A DNA stretch of 64,000 bases from Mobula hypostoma (taxonomy: Eukaryota), in assembly GCF_963921235.1 (NCBI RefSeq), contig NC_086097.1, positions 67,396,001-67,460,000 of the forward strand. The letters run 5' to 3'. Numbering within the stretch: the first letter of the stretch is position 1; every line of letters begins with the position of its first letter. Below the pieces are notes generated by a model. The model saw only the letters and a list, made by a program, of their open reading frames with translations. It did no database searches and was not told the DNA's origin. Positions 26,935 through 40,045 of this stretch are shown here, in pieces. The translations under genes and the position numbers were made by a program.

Positions 26935-29464
26935 TACTTCACAGAAGTACATACAGCTCTGATAACTGCGGCACACGTCCAGAAGCACACACACATACTG
27001 ACCCTTTTCTATCTAAAGTGGTGGATATGGTAATTCATGAATGGAAAGGAGAATTGAAACCTTACCAGGCTTGATGGAGGGAGCTCACAGTCCAAGCTAT
27101 GACTTATGTTTACTATGGGGCAACCATGTTGTCATTCCTCCACCATTAAGAAAGCAAGTGCTTGATAAGCTACATGCAGGACACTGGCATAGTGTGCATG
27201 AAAGAAAACACCTGCAGCTACTTCTGGTGGCCAGAACTGGATGTAACCATTGAAGGGAAGGCCAAAGCGTGTCTAGATTTTCAGCGGGTGAGGAATGTTC
27301 CTCGACTTGCTCCTTCGCATCCATGGGAATGGCCTAAGGAACCATGGCCAAGGATCCACATAGATTTTGCAGGACCTGTAGAAGGCCACATGTTCTTGGT
27401 CGTAGTAAAACCACACAGCAAATGGCCCAAGGTTGCCATCATGAAGAGCACTACATCTGAAAAATGCATTGAGGAGCTACATTCCATCTTTAGCCATTTT
27501 GGGCCTCCTCAATAGCTTGTAAGTGACAATGGCCCACTGCTCCTGTCTGAAGAGTTCAAGGCATTTAAGGAAGCAAATGGTATTTGGCACATCAAGTCAG
27601 CACCATATCATCCAGCCACTAACGGCTTTGCTGAATGATTTGTATAAGCAATGAAACAAGACGTCAAGACCTCAGTGGGAAGTGGATCCCTTAACCAGCA
27701 TCTTAATACTTTCTTGCTGACATACTGTAACACACCTCACTCCACCAACAAAATGGCTCCAGCAGCTGCACTGATGAAAAGACAGTTTCACACCCAGCTT
27801 GACCTGCTTAGACACCCAAACACAAAATAGATCATGCAAAGCAAACAGAAAACCCAAGCAGAGAGATGCGCCAAAGTATAGTACAGAAGTTTCACAGCAG
27901 GAGAGAGGGTACTTGTCTGGAACTACATCTCTGGAACAAAGTGGATGCCTGCAACTGGTCCTGTGTCATACTCAGTAGAAACCAGTAACCATAACATGTG
28001 GAGAAGGCATGTTGACCAGCTGTTGCCCACTTCTGAGGCTACTGAAAACCAGCTACAAACTGACCAAACCAGATCAGTTATAGAAATGGGACAGAATTCT
28101 AAGACAATGACTGCAGAGCCTCCATTACGATCAAATGACACAGCTAGTACACACACCCCATCACCTGTGCTTTCTGAGGTGCCCAAGCAGCACCCAAGCC
28201 AAGATCTATGCATACTCCACCAAGAGATAAAATGACTTTGGCATCCTGTCTGGGTGGTTGGTACTCTCACAGGAGCAGGCAGCCTCCAGGCAGATTGAAT
28301 CTCTTATTTAGTGACTAACCCTCAGCATATGGAGCAGACTAATCCCCAAGGTTACATCTGGGAATAGAGGCAGTCTGTCCTCTTTCCCTAGTTTAGAAGA
28401 AAAAAACATTGTCGTTGGTTGAATTTGATGATTATTCCATTGAATGTTAATAGTTCAGCAGCTGCTCTGAGTATGGGAAGGTGAGAAACTTTTAAGATAA
28501 GTGGGGGAGGGATATGTCATGTATTCATATATGTTTAACCCTTATGGGTTGCTGTCCAACTTCCTGTGCCTTACGTACTGAACATGATGTGAGGGGGCAC
28601 TCTGGGTAGATGACTTCCAAGCAAACTAAACAGCAGCCGGTTTGTTCCTTACCCCTCTGTCTCTCGTATGTGTTATTCACAGTCACCCAGTTTTCCAGTA
28701 CCACAAACATAACAATGAGAACCTTCAAAAAAATGTGATTTTGAAGAAAGCACATTGGTTGCTAACCACAACAGTGTGATTAATCAGACATGGAAGAAAT
28801 TTTCAATTTCTCGTGACAATCCAATTGAAGTTGTTCAGTACATTTGAACAGAAAAATAACCTCAAGGATGCTGATTGAAGTTTCTGTGTATAAATCCAGT
28901 ATTTCACATTTCTTTGTAAGGCAAAGTACAAAGATACAGAACATATTCATGCATGTGAAGAACGGTTTGCTTAATCTCCTACGCACCGCAGAGACACTTT
29001 CAGATCTAATGATGGTATATTACAATTGATTAAGGAAGTTTACCAACTGAAACTTTTCTCCAATGGATAAAATTAAAGACAATCATATGCAATGTTTTAG
29101 TGCCATTGGGAAATGAAGGACTACAAGGTGGTTTGAAGGAATATTTGTTTATTTCACGAGCTGTTTTAGTTCTGGTGCAATATTTTCTTTCAACAATCAG
29201 GGCGATAGCTAAAATCCTCATCTTTACATGCCTGACAGACGAAAAATATGACTTGCAATGTGAATTTCTTCATCTACTGATAGGGGAAAATCACCTTAGT
29301 GGAGAGCTTTTTGCATTTTTTGTGCACAATGCCAATATAAATTTTGGTCATTTTGAAGAAGCTGGAAAAAACATCGTGAAAATGACAGCACAAATTAGGG
29401 ACAAAAGATACTTGGTTTTGGTTATGGTGCTCATATTGTTCATCATTTAATTAAGAGGAGGGGT

Positions 29465-30825
29465 TCTGAGGAACCAGATTTATTTGCACTTGGAAAACAA
29501 GGACTGATTAGAGATTTTTAGCATGGCTTTGTTTGTGGGAGAGCATGTCTCACAAGTTTGATTGAGTTTCTTCAGGAAGTGAACAAGAGTATCAATGAGG
29601 GTAGGTCAGTTAATGTTGTCTTATTGGACTTTAGCAAGGCTCTTAGCAAGGTCCACATGGGTAGGCTAGTCCAGAAGGTTAGAATAATGGGGCATCATGG
29701 TTGTGTAATGGTCAGCACAATGCTATTACAGTTTGGGGTGTCAGAGTTCGAAGTTCAATTCCAGCATCCTCTGTAAGAAAGTTTGTACTTTCTACCCATG
29801 AGCATGTGGGATTCCTCCAGGTCCTCCCATTCCCTCTCACAGTCCAAAGATGTACCGGTTAATAGGTTAATTGGTCAATGTAAATTGTTCTGTGATTAGG
29901 TTAGGGTTAAATAGGAGGGTTGATGAGTGGTGCAGCTTGTTGGGCCAGAAGGGCATGTTCCGCACTGTATCTCTAAATAAAAATAAACAACTGCGTGGGT
30001 TGAAGGTGAGGTAGGTAGGAGATGTAGCATGGTAGTGGAGGGTAGATTTTCAGAGTGGTATTGGGTCCTTTATTGTTCATTATATACCACAATTATTTAA
30101 AAGACAAAGTTGTTGGCATGATTAGTAAGTTTGTACCAAAATTAATGTTATAGTGGACTGTATCAAAGGTCACTGAGAATGTGGGCAAGGGAATACTGAG
30201 GGAATATAATTCAGACAAATGTAAGATGATGCGTTTTGGAAAGTTAAACCAGGCCAGGACATGCACAGTGTCCTGAGAAGTATTATTGGAAAATAAGACC
30301 TTAGGGTATAAATACAATACCCTGAGAGTAAAAACAGGGGTATTTAGTATGCTATGACTATAGGAGTTGGGACTTTATATTACAATTGTATAAATTGTTG
30401 GTTAGGCAGCCCTTGCAATTCTGGAAGGTGATATTCGATAGGCTGGAACTACTTTCTGTGCGGTGAAAGGAGCTGAGGGGTGACCTTGGGGAGGTTTTGT
30501 AAAATTATGAAGGGAATACATGGAGTAGATAATCAGGGTTATTTTCCTCGGTCAAGAGAATTAAGACACAAGAGGGCACAAGTTTAAGCTGAAAGGGGAG
30601 AAATCTAAATGAGATCAGAGGTTTTTCATTCAGAGGGTAGTGGTTCCATAAAATGAACTTCCATCATCACAGGGGCATGAATATACAATTACAATGTTTA
30701 AAAGGCATTTGGAAAGGTCGTTGATAGGAAAGGCATAGAGACACAGGCCTAATGCAAGCAAATGGGATGGGCATCACAGTTGGCATGGACAAGTTGTTTC
30801 TGTGCTGAATCTATGAATCTCTAAG
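29465..30825 (+). mobile_element. Old degraded CR1 RT fragment
   Basis: HGFV.GRACLT and LDFSKAL motifs, CR1 3' region, tctatgaatct tail. Confidence 0.8.
29688..29988 (+). mobile_element. V-SINE inserted in CR1
   Basis: A-box-like tggttgtgtaatgg, B-box gttcaattcc, V-domain and A-rich tail. Confidence 0.85.
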
Positions 30826-31437
30826 AATTCAAGTAGACTTGATTAAGCATAGCATACTCTATCTATCCATGTCTTCACTCTCAGGAAACTGCATTTATAC
30901 CGCAAGGTCTTATTTCCAATAATACTTTCACACTGTGTTGTGAAAGTTTATAACTGCTTCAGTTTGTATAGAATAACTGAAAACCTGCTGATTCTTGACC
31001 TTTATGTATACTAACTTGCTTGACAACCATATACATTCTCTCCATTTGAAGATCATTAGACAGCGAGCAAGTTTCATCATTCTCCCTTATCGAGGTGCAC
31101 AAAATCACTTTGAAGTTTGAGTTGAACCTAACAGTCTACATAGATAATATTTGCTGTGCTTCAAACTGTGTTTCTTACTTGTTCATTATTTATAGGGTAC
31201 AAAATTGACTGGCCCCACAAATGCATTTGGGCATTACCATAAACATTTACTCCACCCCAATCGACCTGAATCAGCAGCTCATCACACTAGCTTTGTGCTG
31301 TCTGCTCATTCATGTACCCAGCATGTTATTTATTGGCATATTGGTTGAACAGGGTGCCTAATTTCGTGAATATTTAGCACCAGATAAAGACACCTCCTGT
31401 TATTTAAAGACAGGTTAGATCTTGTCAAGACTCATAC

Positions 31438-31449
31438 TTTAACACTGGG
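31438..31449 (-). CDS. Candidate 12-nt microexon
   Basis: ctgac branch-like site, acceptor catcttactttccag, donor gtatga; phase 2 reads PVLK. Confidence 0.25.
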
Positions 31450-31635
31450 CTGGAAAGTAAGATGTTGCATTTGTCAGCTTCTTGACATTCAGTAGTGGTC
31501 CCAAAACTAATCGTTTAGCAATATCTTGGTGAACCTGCCAGATTCGTAACAGAAAGTGCCAGTGTTTTCTTCTGAGAGATCCCATAACATGCTGGTCTCA
31601 CTTCCATTGGTGACGGCACCATTAAAAATACATTC

Positions 31636-31925
31636 TATAAGAACATAAAACTTAAAACATAAAACGTAGGGGCAGAATGAGACCATTTGGTCCATTGAGT
31701 CTGCTCCACCATTTGACCATGGCTGATTATTTTACCCTCCGAACCCCATTCTCCTTCCTCCTCCCTGTAACCTTTGACACCTTTATTAATTAAGAAACTA
31801 TTAACCATCGTCACAGCTGCTGTTGCATGAATTTCACAGATTCATCACCCTCTGGCTAAAGAAACTCCTCCTCATCTCTTTTCTAAGGGGATAACATCTT
31901 ATTCTGAAGCTATGCCCTTTGCCCA
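31636..31925 (-). mobile_element. CR1 3' fragment
   Basis: Similar to 10315-10620. Confidence 0.8.
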
Positions 31926-32364
31926 AGACTGGTTTGTCAGCTTCACTAGCATCAAATGATATTTGAACTCCTTTTATAACTAAAGAGAGGAACTAAACTA
32001 TACCACAGTTAAACCAAACAAAATAAGTTCATTTTGATTGATTAGCATCTTGGAAAATAACATCAAATTGCATTGCAAACATGATTAAGGAATTGGGATG
32101 TTAGTGTATTATCTAAAATAATCAATACACGTCATTCTTCAACAAAATAAAACGTGTCAAATTTCTATGTACAAGAACACTAGATCAGCAGATTTATGAA
32201 TCCCTAAAGGCTACCATTGCACAATTATTCCTACAAACAAAACAAAGAATGCAGTGATGATATTTGGCAAAGAAATAATACTTCTTGTTAACCAATAAGA
32301 ATACATTTGATACCTTCAGCATTGGTTTTAGCTGGTAAAACAGACTTTGACGCACAATGTTTTA

Positions 32365-33075
32365 ACTTTGTACAAGCTGGTAGGTGATAGGTGAGACCAA
32401 GTGAGGGGGAAGGTGGGAAGGTGGGTGAGTGGGTGGGTGGTGGAGGGAGATGAAGTAAGAAGTTGGGAAGTGTTAGGTGGGAGAGTAGAATTGAACTGGG
32501 TAGCCACCAGGAGATCCTGCCTTCATCTGTCTGCTGCAAAAGGCAGGACCTCCTGGTGGACACCTATTTCAATTTGCCCTCCCACTCCCATCCTGACATG
32601 TCTGTCCATGCTGTCCTCTACTGTGATGATGAGGCCAATCTCTTGTTAGAGGATCAACATTTCATATTCTGTCTTAGTTGCCTCCACCCTGATGCAATGA
32701 ACATTGATTTCTCCAATTTCTAGTAATCTTTCCCCCCCTTCCTTCTCTCATTTTATATTCCCCATTATAGCTACCCTCTCACCCCTCACTTCTCTTTAGC
32801 TCCCCATCACCTCCCTCTGTTTCCTCTCCTCCATTCCTTTCTTCTATGGTCCACTGTCCTCTCCTATCTGATTCCTTCAGTTCTCTATCTCCTCCACCCA
32901 TCCTGTCCCCTCTTCCCTTCTTATTCTGGCTTCTGCCTCCTTCCTTTCCAGTCATGATAAAGGGCCCAGAATGTTGACTGTTTATTCCATTGATGCTGCC
33001 TGACCTGCTCAGTTTCTCCAGCATTTCAGTGTGTGTTGTTCAATAATTCAAGTATCTGCAGAACCTCTTGTGTTC
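32365..33075 (+). mobile_element. Penelope-like 3' portion with an inverted 5' segment
   Basis: LEDQHFIFCLSCLHPDAMNIDFSNF (GIY-YIG C-terminus), CT-rich UTR, degenerate hammerhead near 32950; 32365-32510 is an inverted UTR piece. Confidence 0.8.
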
Positions 33076-33864
33076 AGCGTTGTAATCTGCCTGACGAGCT
33101 CCTTCCTGTGGAGTAGTGTCACGAGTAGGTACATACTGTGGCTAATTGTTTGTGTTTAGCAAAAGCTGATTTACAAGGATGGGAATTAGTTAGGAAACAA
33201 TAGTCAGAAAAAATCAATGAGAAACCAGTAGCCTCCTTTCCCTTTTTAACATTTGCATATAATACCAACTCTTCTATCTACATGGTTAATTTATATGATA
33301 TTTTTGAGTTCATGCATCTTTAAGAAACTCACTGCAGCATGCCCTACACATTTCCATTTATTTTCTGTCATTTAATTTACCAAATTTTGTAGTATAAATT
33401 CTCTTCTCAGTCCATTTCATCACAGCCTGAGATCCAGGATTGAACCAGAAGTACTATTCTTTCCGGGAGTCTAGTCAATTGGAGTTTCCTGATGTGATGA
33501 AGATCCTGGACAGCTGCAGCAGAGCTCCCTCATCAACAAGATTTCCTGCTTCCAGTGGTATAGTGAAGGACTGGCTTTGTTGGTGAGCAATTGTTCAGTG
33601 GCTCAGCAATGAATAATTGTCTCTACTAGTCCAATCAGTTCTCAACCTGAAAAGAAGCAATGATTGAACCTTCTGTACCGTTACAATAAGGCCCAGTGCT
33701 AGTTTGAGGAACAGCACCTCATCTTCTGTCTGTGCATGTTGCACCCACCTGGATTCAATATTGAGTTCTACAACTTAAAGTAAACGGGTTTTTTTTCTTT
33801 TTTATATATGTCTCTAGAGGTGTATGACATGCCCAACCTGACCAACCAAGCACAACTTCTTCTT

Positions 33865-34015
33865 CAATGTTCAAAGTTTAAATGTCAAAGTAAATTTATT
33901 ATCAAGGTAAATATGTACGTACGTCACCATATACAACCCTAAGATTCAATGAAAGACCTTACCCAACAGGACAACAAACTGTGCAAATACGAAAAAAAGA
34001 AAATAACTAATAATA
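33865..34015 (-). mobile_element. Rex1-type 3' tail fragment
   Basis: ttcaaagt..aaatttattatcaa tail resembling 40800-40840 in reverse. Confidence 0.5.
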
Positions 34016-34017
34016 AT

Positions 34018-34530
34018 CACCATATCATCTTACTATAAATATAAGCCTGACCCAGTGTTAGACTCATAATACCACAAATATATATTATTACTGATCAGTT
34101 ATTACAGATAGGACAATCCATAATAACCATTCAAATATAATAATACATGATAAACAAGCAAGAACAACTTATTTAATAGATCTAGCCATTACAAACACAC
34201 ATAACTTACAGAAATCAGTAAGTGAAACACACCAGAAGTATCCTGAATTACAAAGTACAAGAGGAAATTGAAAGACTTTGGAACATGAAGAGGGTATACT
34301 TTGTCCCGATAGTAATATCTACAACTGGTATCTTCCCAAAGGCACTACACAATAGTATTAAACAATTAGGGCTACACAGTAATACCTATGTAAATCTTCA
34401 GAAAGCCTCAATACCAAACACCACTAGAATAGTTCAATAGTTCCTAGCAATTGACAAAGAGCGTGCTTGGCTATGCCTGTATCTCAGGTTTTACCAACCT
34501 GAACTGAGAAAAAATAAATAATAACAATAA
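34018..34530 (+). mobile_element. R4/Dong-like non-LTR element 3' end (restriction-like endonuclease)
   Basis: IIIHDKQARTTYLIDLAI and EEIERLWNMKRVYFVPIVISTTG..LQKA..NTTRIV; TAA-rich sequence on both flanks. Confidence 0.75.
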
Positions 34531-34789
34531 ATTTACACAACAGTCAGAAAACTTATAATGATATATTTTTAACAACGGAAACAGGATTTAGCACTCCACG
34601 GGGGTGAATGCAATTCTGATAAGAAGTACACATGACTAAACTTAAATGAGAGCTCAACCCAGAAAAATGAAGAAATTATCACTATAGAAGAAAATGTCAA
34701 CCAGACGAATATGACCGTTCATGGAATGTTAAAATTGAATTTACCTTCCTCACTACCAATTCAACCTGTAAGTTAACCTTTAGAGAATC

Positions 34790-35405
34790 TTGCACGAGGA
34801 CTCCCAAGTCCACTTGCACCTAGGACTTTTGAATTTTCTGCCTGTTTAGAAAATAGTCTACACTTTTGTTCCTTCTACCCAAGTGCATGACCATGCACTT
34901 CCTGACACTATTCCATCTGCCACTTCTTTGCCCATTCTCCTGACCTGCCTGTCTTTCTGCAGCCTCCCTGCTTCTTTAACACTACCTGACCCTTCATCTA
35001 TCTTGTAGTGTCTGAAAACCTAGCTACAAATCCACTAATTCCATCATCCAAATGATTGACATATAATGTAAAAAGAAACCATTCCAGTACTGATCCCTGT
35101 GGAGCAGGCATAGTCTTGATGGTGGTGGGGTGGTGGTGGGGGGAGGGGGGGTGGATGCAGCTTTCTTGCAACAGCGTTCTATGTAATTGTGCTCAGTGGT
35201 GGGGAAGGCTTTACCCATGGTGGACTGGGATGGATCCAGTACTTTTTGTAGGCTTTTCTGTTCAATGGCATTGGTGTTTCAATAGTAGGCCATGATGCAA
35301 CCAGTCAATATACTCAGCATTGCACATCTGTAGAAGTTTGTCAAAGTTTGAAATGACATGCTGAATCTTTGCAAACTTCTAAGAAAGTAGAGGTGCTGGC
35401 ATGCC
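34790..35405 (-). mobile_element. CR1 fragment (to ~35100) fused to a Rex1-like fragment
   Basis: CR1 RT remnant, then sequence similar to 16620-16900. Confidence 0.65.
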
Positions 35406-35832
35406 TCTCCATTTCACAACTACTATATTCTTTAGTCTATGCTCTCACTCTCCACGTGCTTCCATTCACTCACTAACCAAATAATCTCATTTACAATTTA
35501 TTCCTTTGGTCACCATCGCACCCTAGTTTTACCCTGTAATGGATATTCCTGGCCTAGCCTATCGTCCCTGGAGCTTCTTTTCTCTACTTCCCACTTCTGA
35601 TGGGGATTTTACCTGAAATATTAATTGTTTCTCTACCCCCAGATGCAGCCTGATCAGCTGAGAATATTCAGCATTTACAGTTTTAAAAAAAGATTTATTA
35701 ACTGCTGTTTGGTGTGTGGGAGTTTCAGTTGTAAGCTCTACTTAATTTATCAGTCTTACAATCCACAAATTCCCATGTCAGAGCTTGTACTAACTACCAG
35801 ACATTTCAATGTGATGGGTGTATGGCTCAAAG

Positions 35833-36289
35833 TACGGGGGGGTGATTGATAACTTCATGGCCTAAGGTAGAAAGAGTCAATTTTAGAAAACCTAGCACAG
35901 TTATTTTTCAACATACTCCCCTCCTACATGTACACACTTAGTCTAGTAGTCATGGAGCATACAGATCCCTTCTTTGTAGAAGTGGTCCACAGCAGGGGTG
36001 ATTGATAAGTTTGTGGCCTAAGGCAGAAGGAGATGAGTTATACAGCTCAGTAATGCAGAAATTTTGAAGTTAATAACTCATCTCCTTCTACTTTAGGCCA
36101 CGAACTTATCAATCACCCCTGCTGTGGACCACTTCTGGAGGTCCAAGACGCTGACTTCTACAAAGAAGAGATCTGTATGCTGCACGACCGCTGGACTAAG
36201 TGTATAAATGTAGGGAAAATAAATGTGCTAGGATTCTTAAAATTGGCTCCTTCTACCTTAGGCCACGAGCTTATCAAACACCCCTCGTA
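35833..36289. mobile_element. Palindromic mariner-derived MITE
   Basis: TA flanks; TIR tacg(a/g)ggggtg.ttgataa..tc.tggcctaaggtagaa; arms encode the mariner C-terminus DFYKEEICMLHDRWTKCINV; second inverted pair at ~35992-36122. Confidence 0.88.
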
Positions 36290-36879
36290 AGTATGTGACC
36301 ACTAATACATTTCCTCAGTTTCTTCTGATTCACCATCTCTGGTATCATCAGCAACTGGGACCAGCCACAAGTATACCGTTTTACCATATTAGTCAGTCTT
36401 TACCATTAATAAGAGTGGCACTTAATTTGACTGTACCCTGTAACAGGGTGAAACTATTCATGCTGTTTCTTCTATCATCCACCTCATAATCCAATCCCCT
36501 TATTCCTTTTTTAACAAATTGCAGAGTATGTATGCACAGACCTATTGCTTATATTGACATTCCACCCTTGTGTCAAGAACTGGAAATGAGATGGATGCTG
36601 GTAGAACTTAAGAACATATTGAAAATGTATATACAGTGGGCCAGGGACTCGCTTATACTGTGCAGAGTTTCTGTGTGATTCAGGTTTGAACTTTTTTGTA
36701 TAGGCATGGCATTAGCATGAAAGCTACAGGAATCCACAAGGAGATAGTTGATTTTTATGTACAATTTCCCAAATTACAGCATGCACTACCTATTCACCCA
36801 AGTTGGGCGTCTTTCCTTGTAAAAAAAAAGAGTTTGGATTGTTTCAGCTGAGTATTTAATTTAAATCAGGATGACTTAC

Positions 36880-36891
36880 CGAATATAGCTG
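36880..36891 (-). CDS. Candidate 12-nt microexon
   Basis: Acceptor tcttcccctag, strong donor TCG|gtaagt; phase 2 reads (N)SYI(R). Confidence 0.3.
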
Positions 36892-37127
36892 CTAGGGGAA
36901 GATTTGTAAGATGGTCTTGTCAATCAAGTAAAATTCCACAGCAATGCTGAGTCATATTATAAAGGCAGTGGATGGTGATGTGGAATTAATTAGTGCTGAA
37001 ATCATGAAAAGCAGGAGAAGGAAGAAGTAGGTCAGAGTATTCTATAGATCCTCAAAATGAGACCCCACAGAAAGTGAGACTATCAATAGGAAAAGATCAA
37101 GGGCATATCTAAAGGGAGTTACAACTA

Positions 37128-38335
37128 TTAAGGAATATTCCAGTGACCCCACAGTCTCAACAGTAGGCATTGAGGTTCAGACAGACAGGAAGGCCCAGGG
37201 ATCAGTGGAGATGACTGAGTCATGTTTGAGGCGTAGGGATCTGGTCGGGACAGTGGTGTCTGGTCAGGCAGTGCTGGGCAGCTTATCTTCGACCTACTTC
37301 GGCAGGGCCCAAGGCAGGGACAGAAACAGAATGATCCAGGAAGAGGTGTGAGCAGCTGTCGAGGAAGTGCATACCACCAGATGGTAGGAATGGGGCAGCA
37401 GGGAGCTTGAACAAGTGTGAGGGTGCTCTGAGGCAGAAGATCTCCTGGACCAACATGTGGCAGGCAGAACCCCAAAGCATCAGGTTCAAGATCCAGGCTG
37501 TGTATGACTTCCTGCCTAGTCTAGCAAACCTTTTTGCATGGGGCAAAAGCAAGTCACCATCATATCCTCTCTGCCCTGGCTGAGGGACCCTGGAACACAT
37601 CCTCAGCAGCTGCCCAAAAGCCCTGGGAGAAGCTCGCTACTTCTGGCACCATGACCAGGTGCTGAATGCAGTGGGAGAAAATATCTCCTCGGCCAGTAAT
37701 AACAGTAGGCACCTTCACCATCCCAGAAAACACATAGCCTTTGTCAAAGCTGGAGACTAACCACAGCCTCAGCCTAAATCACCAGAAGGCTTGTTCGTCA
37801 CGATATCTGTCTGGCGACTGAAAGTCAATCTGGCAAACAATTAACATTTCCCGACTTCATTGCATTGTCATCACTGAGGCTTGACATTGTCATTCAGTCA
37901 GAAACCTTGAAGCACGTGGTCATGGCAGAACTGAAGGTGTCTTAGGGTGACTGGATTGAGGAGGTGTTCAAGCGTAAGAAGGCCAAACACTAGGAGCTAG
38001 TAGAGCAGTGCTAGAGACAGAGGTGGAGGGCACGTTGTGAGCTACAGAGGTGGGGTGTAAAGGTTTTGCTGGCTGCCTGCACTGCAGAACCTACTCTCCC
38101 CTTGGCATTGAGGACTGCAAAGAGAAGAGCCATCAGGACTATCACAGAGGCTGCTGAGCGAGCCTGCAGATGGCTGTTGATCAAGAAGTGTGACCCATGA
38201 ACCAGTACTGCTGGTACACAAGCTGGGGCCTGATCAGTCCTGGCTGGGTCGCCTGGGCGAGGGTGTCTGATGTTGAAATACCTGAAACCGCTGATGATCC
38301 GAGGTAACATCACTGATGATGTGTTCCAGCTTATC
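37128..38335 (+). mobile_element. HERO-like (R2 superfamily) non-LTR element, 3' part
   Basis: IQAVYDFLPS.ANLFAWGK..PLCPG.GTLEHILSSCPKALGEARYFWHHDQVL zinc knuckle, RLE remnants, AAERACRWL end and 3' UTR. Confidence 0.85.
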
Positions 38336-38339
38336 CTAG

Positions 38340-40045
38340 GATGTATCTCAGCATAATTTACAAAGGCAAATTTTGTAAAGCAAACTGGCAGCAAAGGCAT
38401 CATTGAAGAAGAGCTTGTGGGATGCATCAGGGATTGCTTGTTAGAGCAGTACATTGCTGAGTCTACCCAGGAATGGGCTATTTTGGTCTGATCTTATGTA
38501 ATAAATAGGAATTAATAAGAACTCGTGATTCAAGATTCCCCAAGATGATGAAATTCCCCAGTGTAATAGAATTCCAATTGCAGTTTGAGGAGGCCCATAA
38601 TCTGGATCTTTAATGTAAATAAGGTAATTACACTAGTTTAAGGGAGGAGGTGTCCAAGATGAACTGGGTAAAAAAGCTAAGAGTAAAGGAACAGTGACAT
38701 ATTTTTAAACAGCTGATCTCCAATGCTCAGCAAGAGTTTATTTTCCCCAATCGAAAAGAGGGATTTCATGAGAAAGAGGCACAATCTGTGGTTAACAAAG
38801 AAGATAAAGGTTAACGATAAATTGCAAAGTGGCAAGGGCTAATGATAGGTAATAGGACTTAGAAGTTCTTAGAATCTAGCAGAAGACTAAGAAGCTTAAA
38901 AGAAAAGAGAAAAAGAATTTTGAGAGAAAACCTGGTTGTGGTACAAAACAAACAGTGAAGTTTTTCATGAATATACTGCATAAATAGGAAGAGGACAGCT
39001 CATGTATGTGTGGGACCTCCAGAGAATGAGGCCGGTGAACTGAAAACAGCAAACAAAGAAAACACAGATACGTTAATTTTTTTGTATCAGTCTTCACCAT
39101 AGAAGATATAGTTAATATCCTAAGATATCAAACAGGCTAATTTCAATAATATGGTAGAACTCACAAAAATCCCAATTACAAGGGATAAAGTATTGGAGAA
39201 ACTCACAGGACTAAAGGTAGACAAGTTGCCAGGACCCAGTGCACTATATACTATAGCCACTATATAGAAGTGGCTACAGAAATAGTGGACCCTTCAACTG
39301 AAAATGTTCATAGCTCACTAAATTCAGGGAGGATACCAGAATATTGGAAATGAGGCAATGGGACTCCCTTATCCAAAAATGGGATAGAGCTGAAGAGTAA
39401 TTATTTTAATCTAGCTAGAGTCAACAATGAAAGAGGAAAAAGTGAATCATTTAGGAAAGCTGAATGTAATTAAATCTAGTCAATGTTCTTATGAAAAGTA
39501 ATTCATATCTGATAAATTTGATTGAATTTTTGGAACATATAACAGTGGGAGTTGATAAGAGAGGAACTAATAAATATAATGCTTTGAGATTTTCAAAAAG
39601 CATTTGACAAGGTGCCTCACAGAAGGATGGTATATAAATTCAAAGCCATGATATTTGAGGAAATGTGTTAGAATGAAATGAAAATTGATTGTCTCATGAA
39701 AAACAGAGCTGGAATAAATGGATCCTCTTCAGAATGAAAATAAGTAAATAGTGGAGCGTTGAAAAGATCAGTTCCTGCTCCACATTTGTTCATTATCTGC
39801 ATTAATGACTTGTGAGAAGGTTTCCAAATTTGCTGATGAAAGTATTTGGAAGGACACATTATGATAAGGGTACTGTGATGCTGTAATGGGATATAGATAG
39901 TTTGTATGAGTGCACACAAGGCTGGCAAATAGAGCTGAACGTGGGGAGGTGTGATGTCAAAAGAGAAATCAAAAGCCAGAATTTTTATCTAAGTGCAGAG
40001 AGACTGCAAATGAGTGATCAAGGTGTTTCAGTGCATGAATCACAA
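38340..40045 (+). mobile_element. Old degraded CR1 ORF2
   Basis: Remnants of KVDK.PGP, DFQKAFDKVPH and KFAD. Confidence 0.8.

Larger units (their letters stand above)
15699..28714 (+). mobile_element. Full-span decayed Gypsy LTR retrotransposon with nested insertions
   Basis: 200-bp TG..CA LTRs at 15699-15898 and 28515-28714; 5-bp TSD ATGAG (15694-15698, 28715-28719); PBS-like ttgcaacgagg; PPT aagtgggggagggata; CYHCGKTGH knuckle, RT/RNaseH remnants and integrase WPRIHIDFAGP. Confidence 0.93.

Noticed and set aside
29688..29770. tRNA gene
   Set aside because: A/B boxes belong to a SINE head that continues into the V-domain and tail.
31602..31634. 33-nt minus-strand exon candidate
   Set aside because: Its acceptor comes from a CR1 tail and phase 2 contains a stop.
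34640..34785. Plus-strand exon ending at a gtaagt donor
   Set aside because: In-frame stop just upstream, weak acceptor and no partner exons.
38255..38300. Hammerhead-like ctgatg..gaaa in the HERO 3' UTR
   Set aside because: Core is CTGATGT rather than CUGANGA, and stems I and III are not convincing.
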